DNA of 64,000 nt from assembly GCA_030704615.1 (NCBI GenBank), contig CM060733.1, positions 59,024,001-59,088,000 of the forward strand, given 5' to 3'. The stretch is from Takakia lepidozioides. Taxonomy: Eukaryota > Plantae > Bryophyta. Position numbers and translations under genes: made by a program. This document shows, in pieces, positions 54,918 through 64,000 of this stretch (positions are counted from its first letter, which is position 1; every line of letters starts with the position of its first letter). The notes beneath the pieces are model-generated. The model was given only the letters and a program-made list of their open reading frames with translations, made no database searches and was not told the origin of the DNA.

Positions 54918-57900
54918 ATGGCGGGTCCCTTGCCACACGCTGGGAAATCCCTTCTCCAATATCCGCACGACGTTGTGAGAACTCCAAATTTTACTAGGCA
55001 CAGGAGATTTTCCACTAGCATTACGTCGAATCCAGGTTGTTTTGCGATTAAGAAATCTTCAGGTTCTCTCTCTCTCTCTTTTTCTCTCTGTTTCACCTGG
55101 ACGTTATGAAGTTTCTCTTTGTCTTTTTTACAGCTTCCCATGTACGTTACGGCAACACGATCTACATGCCCATATGCAATGCTGCATCCAATTTTTGCCT
55201 GTTGGTTGGATGGGCCTTTCTGCAGGGCTGGGGGTTTTCGGTCGAACCTACACTCAATTTCTGTTGCCATGGGAGTATGTGACAGCAGGCAGAAAGTTGC
55301 ATCCTCTAAAATCGGCAAGGGCGTCAGCACTAGTAACACATGGAGAAGAAGGAAAGGAAGAGGATGACCTCCACAGAGACTGTGACGATAGGGCAGGGAT
55401 GAATATAAACGCAAGGAGCGTATTGTGTTTGAGTAATGGACATGGTGAAGATGCAATAGCTGCGTCGATTCTTACACAGCTCATTGTTAGTGGACCTTCC
55501 TTTCTCTTTTGATCTAAGAACATGCTTCAATTTTGATCACTTTCTAGGACCTAGAAACTTAACAACCCGTGGATTTCATTTTGAGAGCTTAACTCTTACA
55601 GACCAAGAGCAAGCAAATTAATTTATGACATGCTTCTACCTGGCTGGACTTTTGTGACCCATAGGTGAATTTCCCCCATTTCATCTGATGTCTTCAGGCA
55701 ATGGCAGAAGAAAATGCAGAGAAGGTCAAAATAGAGGTCTTGCCTCTGGTGGGAGAGGGCCACGCCTACAGCCGAATTGGTGTGTCCACAGTGGGCCCAA
55801 CCAAGAATATGCCCAGTGGAGGGTACTTGACCTTCACATCCCGATATCCCTTGTTGGATATGTTTGTTGTGTGTATGTGTGCTGAGAGAGATAGAAAAGG
55901 AGGAAAGATATTCATTACGTCCAAAGGGCCTATGCGAAGTTTGGGTATGACGATGTGCAAATTTTTGCTTATAATCAGTGTCTTCCCAGATTACCTTTGC
56001 ATAATGTAGTTGCTTGCAACATGGTTGTTAACAAGATGTGATGAGGACCAGGTTCATCTACATGGACATCTTGCAGCTGCTTGGAGACATGCGCGCTGGT
56101 CTGCTGTCTCTGATACTTGAACAGGTGCTTTGCATATCAATGTGCTTAAACCAACTTTACTACACATTATCTCTAGTGTACCCATTCATCAACACTTAAA
56201 TGAGAGTACCTGCATGGGGAAAGATGCTACTCTGGGGAGCATATGTTGCATAATCATCCAGCTGGGAAAGGAGCCAGTCATGAGGAGTATTGGCTCCTCT
56301 GCCTCAATGGAAAGATTTGATGCTGAAATCTGGCCAGACCATAAGTGGCCATTACAAAGTGTTCTTTTCTACCAGAGCCTGAGGGGTCTTTAATTTATCC
56401 TAGCTGGGGCAGTTGTCATCCTTTCCCTCCGGCTCTCTAACCATACTCTTGTTTCCATGGGGTCCTTATCTGTTATTCTGAAGAGGTTTGCTTCCTCACC
56501 ACGTGATAGGCCTGACATGGACATCTTCAAATATTTCTTCCTCCCAAGGCGCTGTTTTAGTCTGTCACAGACTTAAAACAATTTCTTTCTTTCCTTCATT
56601 CTTTGTTTCTCCTCTCATGCTCGCTTGACTGGAGAAAAAATCAGGTCTCTAACTTTTAAGTGAAGTGGGGTGCAATTGTCCAATGGGTCGATGAGAATCC
56701 AGACGGGGTCCTGCTTGCAGTGGGTGATGTGTTTCCCTTAGCACTGGCTTGGCTTGCCGCCAAGCGATTGAGAAGAAAGCAGCAGCCAACAGACAGAAGG
56801 TCAAGAGGGTTGTATGCCTTCGTGGGAACAGCAAAAAGCGAGTTTTACATTCGTGCAGATGATGGGTCACGCTTGCGTGGCAATGGTAAGTACCCTGGAT
56901 GACTATTCATAACTGATCTTGTAGTTGATTAGGGATTTCTCTTCAGCTAAGGAAGAGTTGTTCATAGGGAAAGATGTTAAGCGGACAAATGCTCAAATAG
57001 TTATTGGCCCCCCAGCACCTCATTTGATTGCATGGTTTGGCTTGATGGAATCTGAAACAGTGGAGTCACTGCTATTTCGGGGAGGCATTTACTATCCTTG
57101 GGAGCGTGCAATGATGGCTGATTCACAGTGCAGGTATCATCTGACCAATCTTCATCACTTCAGAAAATAATAGCACAATGCAAGTCCACTACAAACTAAG
57201 CAATAGAGTTGGTAACTAGTGGGTTGGTGGTAAATGAGTTTTCTCTTGGCTCTTCAGACCTTCCTTTCTTCCTTCTGTTGGGTCCTACTAAGCACTGCAT
57301 TTCACTATTATTGTTATCACAAAGTGACAGGTTGTCACACTTTTACGCTATTAACAATCTAGCAGATGTCTAACCCGTTGTTTTTGTAGTCACTTGTCAT
57401 CTTCTGGTTGAAGATTGTGATAGGTTGATCCAATCACCAGGTGTCTTCAAGTTGATGTCCGCTTTATGCAAGGATAGAGCTTTTAAGGGCTGTGTTTGGG
57501 TTTGGGGGATTGATGCACTGCCCAGGCTGGTGGCTCCCAGAGATGGCTTGACTGCACAAGTACTCAAAGAGCACCTACCGTCGTCAGCACAGGGTAAGGT
57601 AGGCTACTTCTATGGACTTCATCTTTGAGCAGAATCAATGGGACCTCCAGCCAAAGCTTATGGCAAGTTTGAAATGGGACTACATGTATCAATGCCATGA
57701 TCTATCAGCAAACACTCTATGCTGTCCAGTTGCCATCAAGGGTCCTGCATGAGAAAATCCTTGATGTGAAATCTGACTTACAGCCTTGATGGCAGGTACA
57801 GGATCTCGGGAACCCAATGATGGATGGTCTGCATCCAACAGGAGGCCTTGATTCTCTTCTGCATGGTGTGACAGGGCGCTCCATTGCTCTTCTTCCTGGC

Positions 57901-60900
57901 TCCAGAGCACCAGAGGTTGTGGGCGCAACTCTTCTTTGATTCTAGCGTAAAGACCTAGGAGGACAGACTATCTGAAGAGTGCAGCAGCTGGTGGCGAAAT
58001 CAGTTCATCGCCTGTCTTTTCCCTGGGTGCTTCTGCCCTGAGATAATTAACATGATAGCTGGAATCTCACCAGAAATTTCCTTCTATCTGTCACCAATAA
58101 CAGGTCTACATCAACTGGCGACGGCTGCTAGATGCAGCCCATGAAGCCTCTATCTCATTCTTACCTCAAAGACTCGTGTTTCTCGCACCAGTTGTCCCAT
58201 CCTTGGAGCACGGTCCCTTTATTCAAGCAATTTTCGAGGCAGATTGGCACCCGTATCAACTGTCACCAGAGGACTACAAGAGTGTGTCTGTGAGGTTGCA
58301 CAATCCTATTGCTCTGTCCATATAATCAGTTTGGAGAAAATTGCCAAATGTACGTGCAATAGAAGGTGCTATGTTCTGCTGCATCAAAGTAGTCATCAAA
58401 GAATTATGAGTTATAAGAACTGTTCATTTCTTGCACTATCTCGGTGATATTGAAAATCACACATGACCTTGGATTCTTTTTGGAACTAGTATCTGACAAA
58501 TTTTCATGTATATACCCTCAAATGTGTCTGTAACTTAGGGAGCCTGTTTTCGCATCAGAAGACAAGGCGAGCATGACCACAAGGCCTGGAGAGGAAGTAC
58601 AAATGGCTCATGGCCATTGGGACGGCTCTGAGACCTGGCAAGGAACTAATGGATTGTTCAAGAAATCAAATGCATTGCTTCTAGTGAGGAGGGGCAGCTT
58701 CAATGATGTGGTTCACTGGGCAGAGGCTGGCATTGCTATGGCGGGCACTGCTACAGAGCAGCTTGTGAGTAGAACAAGCAGCTCTCTCTCTCTCTCTCTC
58801 CCTTCCTACACTTACCTGGGCGTTGAGTTCTCCTCCAATTGTAATTGGGATGCTCATATCCGGAAAGTTGTTCAAACTGGCAAGGGCAAAGCTCTGGGGC
58901 TCACTAAATTTTTCCACTGGTCAACTCTGAGGTTAAGAAAACCATGCTTTGTCGCGTTATTAGACCTGCCTTGGAGTACGGATCTGCTATATGGGTTGAT
59001 AACTCCAACCAGGCTAAGTCTCTAGAATCCATTCAAGTGGGGGTGCTTAAGGAGTGTATGTCAGCATGCTCCAAAACAGCCAATGTGGCTGTTCGGGGTG
59101 AGTTTGGCATTCCGTCCTTAAGCTCCCGACGAGATGAATTCAAGGTCAGATGGTGGGGTCAGCTGCAACATATGCCCAACACCAGATATCCTAAGTTAAT
59201 CGACTCTATATCTTGGAAACAGGACCGCCCTGTCAAACAGGCTAAGTCCTGGCAGAAGAGAGTAGAAGAGATCCTCACGGACCTGGACCTGGATCCGCAA
59301 GTCTTGACCCTGCTGGATAAATCTAACTTAGAGGCTGTAGTGTCCTCAGCCATGTCTGTTGCCATGAGATTGTCTGGTGAAAATGAAGTTAGGCAGAAAA
59401 CTTCCCTGAACTTGTTTCCAGTCTGTGACATGGGGGAGGACATCTTGGATGACCTCGAGGGTCTACCCACTCTCGGCACTAGACTGAAATTTAAACTCAG
59501 GGCAGGAAGCCTACCTTTGAACAGCAAACAGAAGCAGAGAGGAAAGGGAGAGTGCAATTGCCCGTTGTGTGGGCAATCTGAAGACAGTATTCATTTTCTG
59601 ATACACTGTCCGGGGTTCTCTCACCAAAGAGACGCTCTCTTCAAATCTATTAAGGGAATTGTGCCTGCACCCCTGTTTACCAACTTTGAAAGTCTCGAGG
59701 CTGAGCCAAAAGCCCAGGCCCTCCTGAGGCCTAGTTTTTGGGCAAATCACACACAGCAGATTGATGCTTGTGTGAAGGGATTTCTAGAGGATATCTGGAA
59801 AACCCGGATTAATTCTTTATATGGAGGTAAGTCTTACTACCAACCCCTGACAGAGGTAGGTTCTGTCCCTTTTGTTCCCGCTCAAACTGGGCGCGGGGTC
59901 AATGGCCACAAGGCTACGGCAAACAACGTCTTATGAGTACAATCTCTCTTCAGATGTTCCGCCCAATTTGGGTATGGCCACAAGGCTACAGCAAACAATG
60001 TCTTATGAGTGTATTCTGTCTTTTCAGTGGCTGCTTCTGCTTGCCTGAGGCATTTATTTATTAAGACCAGGGATGCTTGGCAGCTACTGCTAGATGCCCT
60101 TGAGCATAGGTCATAGCCAAAATTTACAGGGAATAGGCAATTGTGGGCATTCTCACTCTCTAACTCTGAATATCACATCCTTGTTTGAGACCAGCGTACA
60201 GCCCAAATTTGCAAAATTGGATCTAGACTGTGGGAGAGTATTAAAACATCATCAAGACACAGGACTCAATAGGGAGGGGTTTGAATATTATCCGATGTTG
60301 AAAATAGTTGCAGAAACAAAAAACAATTGCTATGATGTCGAAAAAGACTTGAAAATGCCTTGGGGACCGAGGCGTTGGCCAAAAGCTATGGTGTGGCCAT
60401 GATCTCTCTCTCTCTCTCGCTGATATGGCCCTGAGGCTATCATCTGTCCTGTCTGCATTACCCTTGAAGGAAAAATCGCGAAGGTCCGAAGCAGGCAGAA
60501 CTTATGGTGTCACTTCACCTGAAGGATTACTGCCTTCCGTTCAGAAGGTGGACACCTTCTAATGGTCGTAACCGGGGCAATGCGGTTGGCCAAACCTCCC
60601 CAAGGACTTTATGAGCCTCCTGTCAAGGTTATAGATCCCAATTCTTGTTGCATATTTCTCGATTGTTTCTAAGGATTTTGACTGTCAATTTGCTGTGGAA
60701 ATGTCCATGACAGGTAGGGCTGGGAAAACCTGTCTTTACTCTACCTGGTGGTGGGCCCCAGTTCACATATGCTTTTGCGGAGGCACAATCAAGGTTGCTT
60801 GGACTATCTGTGAGTGAATTTCTCTATGAGTACCCAAAGTCCTATAAGTAGATTCTATGAGTAACCTGAAGTAGCAGAAGTATCTCCTTGTCTGGGGATG

Positions 60901-61179
60901 GCCCTGCATCTTGGCTGACTCAGTTTACGATTTGCTGGGGGTAGCCATTACTGACATAGGTTTGGTAGAACAGGCGACTGACCGACTGATATGTGAAAGT
61001 GTGGGATTTGGCAGCTATTCATGTGTCCTGATTGCAAGACATTGGCCAGCAGAATGTGGGACATTATGTCAGATGACAAGTGCCTGATGGAGATTGCTGC
61101 AAACGGCCGTAAGCGCATGGGGCCCGCAGGTGCTGCAAGGCGGATTTCTGAACAATTCTGGACTTCAATCCTGCAATAA
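54918..61179 (+). CDS. Cyanobacterial-type lipid-A-disaccharide-synthase-related glycosyltransferase-like protein (COG4370/TIGR03492-like) with an N-terminal extension
   Basis: Spliced motifs LSNGHGED.IA, LPLVGEGHAY, MPSGGFIYMD, LAVGD, FVGTAKSEFY, YYPWER.MM, VAPRD.LTA, GNPMMDGL, LLPGSRAPE, AMAGTATEQLVGLGKP, GPQFTYAFAEAQSRLLG and NGRKRMGPAGAA; stop TAA 61177-61179. Confidence 0.85.
58801..59942 (+). mobile_element. 5'-truncated LINE copy (same family), followed by a short degenerate 3'-end copy at ~59957-60013
   Basis: Nearly identical to 30310-31463. Begins directly after (CT)n at 58782-58800 and ends ...GAGTACAA followed by TCTCTCT. Confidence 0.93.
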
Positions 61180-62690
61180 TCCCCAAGGCAAGCGGCTTTT
61201 GGTGGTCAGACAGTCCATTTTTGTATGCCAGTATTGAGACTTGCCTCTGCTATGAAGCTCTGTTATTCCAGAATTTCTTGGGAATCTCTTTTATGGAGCT
61301 TCTGTTATGGAGTAGAAAGGAATGTGGTGACTCCTTTTTCTTAAATCCGCTCATTCAGAAGAGTACCCATCACGCAGGATTGGAGAAGGTACAGTATCCT
61401 CGGCAGCGTGGCGACATCTGATGCACATGTGTTCACCCATCTCCCAGCTGGGTTAACAAAGAGAGAAATTTGCTACAGCCACCTGGAGTGCAGGACAAAC
61501 AGAGTAAGAAGGGAAAGCAACATGTGAAAAACTGAAACCTGGTGACTAAATGCTAGGCATGTTGTTTTTAAAGAAAAGCCAATTTTATTCTTTAAATTTG
61601 AATTAAAGAATTCAATTTTAAACTTCATATTGTCCACGGTAAGCTCAAAGAAAGAAAGTGGGGCCCTTAAAAGTGAGGGCTTGTGGACCAAAGGGACTCT
61701 TTTTTAACTTTCCTTCCTTTTTGCTTCTCAATTAACAGATCCAGGGTCAAGTACTGTTGTCTATTCCAGGACTACCAATCCGTCTTTTTCCTATAAGAAT
61801 AAAAAATGGTTGGCAGAGAGAGATGAAGCCGACCAAAGTCAGCATAAATATGAGCCTCTTCCTTCCCCATTTCCGGGTCGGAGTGCTTGGTTGTTTAGTC
61901 TCTTTTGCCATAAGGTTCTCCATCTCTTGACGTTTAGTTGTGCTGAGGACCCCACACTCTTTCCTGTCTTGCTTTCTTTTGCCCAATAGCCTCTTCCAGC
62001 TTTCAGTGGACACTTTAAAACTTCATTCTTTCTGTTCCTTTCTGTTTTTCCTTCTGTTTGGTTTTCTTGGGTCAGTTGGGCATCAGTTCACTCTGCCCTT
62101 GAACGGTATTTAGTTTCACTCTCTTTCTGTCTTCTCCTAAACCCTAAACCACAAACTGCATAAAATGGCAGACAAAGCTATCCCTGTAGTAGAATCTCCA
62201 CAACAATGGAGTCAGAAGATTTCACGAACAAGAAACAAATTAGCATGAGCATAGGCCAATGCAATTCAAGGAAGCTTTCGACATTGCGGTAAGAAGGCAC
62301 CACCATGACTTGTGGTGCCCATCAGTCAATATTGCAAATTTACACAACTGATAGTCTTCAACACACTACTTTCTTGAGCGCACAACTCAAGTGACATCCA
62401 ATGCTACGGTTTGAGCAATTGAGCGTTACTACTGTTATTAATGAATTCTACTGCCAAAACTCTCTCATCACACTTCAATGTTATGATATAAGCTGTGTCT
62501 CCTCCTGTACCCAACATCTCTCTCTCTCCTCCCTCCTTCAACATTCTACTGATCCATCCACCCTGTGATCTTTCTATCCTCAACAAAGGAATGTGAAGAG
62601 TACACAAAGAGGCACAGCACTAGACTAAGGCTGTCCAGAACAAATTTACTAACTCTAAAGCGCTGTAAGCACTCTCAGTGAATCGTGCCC

Positions 62691-64000
62691 CTAATTTCGG
62701 GTACCTGACACTTTGAGGCATTGGTAGTCTGGCCGAGAGGCCTGCCTCCCAACATCTTGAGGGCAGAGTGATTGAGGAGGGGGCGAAACACAGTTGTACC
62801 GGACGCACACGGCCACGCTGGGAGGGATGGTGGCGTTCGCAAGACCTCCAAAATCTGTGAGGTAGTTGTGTTGGAGATAGAGAGAACGAATGGTCGCCGC
62901 TTCGATGGACGTTGCAAAGACCTGTCATAAGGAGATACAGAGAGGTTGTGATTCAGGGGTCATCTAGATGTACTCATGAAACTTTGCTCGCAATAGCCTA
63001 GTCTAATGGAGAAGGAGCGACAGGCGGACTGGAGACGAGAAAGAAAGAACAGCTGCTTCACTGAAGCTCACTCAGCCATCTTAGATTATGCAGAGACTCT
63101 TACCATCCTACCACTAGTTGTAGCGAAATATTTCAACAAGAAATCACTAATCGGCCAATGCCCTGTTCCTTCCAATCCCATGGCTTCCTATGACTGAAAT
63201 GTAGGACTTCCTCTTGGTTGTTTGCAACTTGTTGTGCAAGGCACCAGGACACTGCATTCAATTTCGGCTTATGTTGACTCTCAGCTCATGAAAGGAGCCT
63301 TGGAGAGAGGAAAGTTCTTGCAGTTCGAGTGACAGAGGATGTGCTCATCAGACTTGGGAGCAAAGGAAGGGGAAGAGAGGAAAGAATTTCAATCCTGACA
63401 TTGCATCAACTGTGGACGTCTTTGACATAAAGAGGCTAACATACTTGCATCACACCAAAGAACAGTCCTTCTGGGATTGCACCACTGACCTGTGGAACTG
63501 TGCCGACGAAGTAGTTGTTGTTGAGAAACAAACTTTGGGCACCCGAAAGGAAGGGAGAGATCTCTCCTTGCAGATGATTGTAACTGAGATCCACTGTAGG
63601 AATGGAGATCGGCGTTGTTATGCTCACTGACCCAGTCAACTGATTCCGATTAAGCAGTAAAACTGACAATGGGAATGAATAAATATTACTTGGAATCACC
63701 CCAGTGAACTGATTGAAGCTTAAATCTAAATATGTGAGGCTGCTCAAAGGAACCAACTCTCCCAACCACCCACTCATAGAATTCTTCGTCAGGGAGAGGT
63801 ATTGCAAAGATGCAGGAAGCGTTGGAAGCCCACCGGAAAAATCATTGTTTCTTAGATCCAAATGGGTCAGTGCACCGCTAGAAAAGCTGGGAATGGACCC
63901 CGAAAGTCTGTTGTCTGATAAAATCACTGCTTTAAGTGCTGGTAACTGCCCAATCGCCCAAGGGATAGAGCCTTCGTAAACATTTCTGCTCAGATCGAGT
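62691..64000 (-). CDS. Extracellular leucine-rich-repeat protein, 3' part
   Basis: Plant LRRs (LxLxxNxLSGxIP) from 64000 to ~63490 splice to the last exon ~62921-62691 (SLYLQHNYLT..CVRYNCV.PP.Q..CP..RP..QC, stop TAG). Confidence 0.92.

Noticed and set aside
61747-62150. Short ORF and telomere-like CCTAAACCCTAAACC
   Set aside because: No recognisable product, and only two repeat units, which is a common chance or telo-box occurrence.

Overview
Eukaryotic nuclear DNA from an intron-rich, gene-dense plant genome. A non-seed land plant such as a bryophyte is inferred from the PLS-PPR style, a cyanobacterial-type COG4370 gene and a DCAF12-like fragment. Order: 3' part of an ALMT gene; an internally rearranged Ty1/Copia element whose TSD contains the ALMT stop codon, with a nested hAT MITE; a 1.12-kb tandem duplication containing a second hAT MITE; an ALMT pseudogene with a captured DCAF12-like fragment; RRP41 (-) head-to-head with organellar ValRS (+), whose introns hold a LINE array and an ALMT 3' fragment; TlyA-like rRNA methyltransferase (-); PLS-PPR with a decayed DYW domain (+); CACTA and SWIM relics; BCAT (-); HIG1-domain gene (+); COG4370/TIGR03492-like gene (+); 3' part of an LRR gene (-). 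The two most notable observations are that TlyA uses an in-frame, inverted copy of ValRS exons 1-2 as its N-terminal targeting region, and that one LINE family appears to insert repeatedly at TC-repeat sites. All family assignments come from motif recognition by eye, with no database searches, and exon coordinates were read manually.
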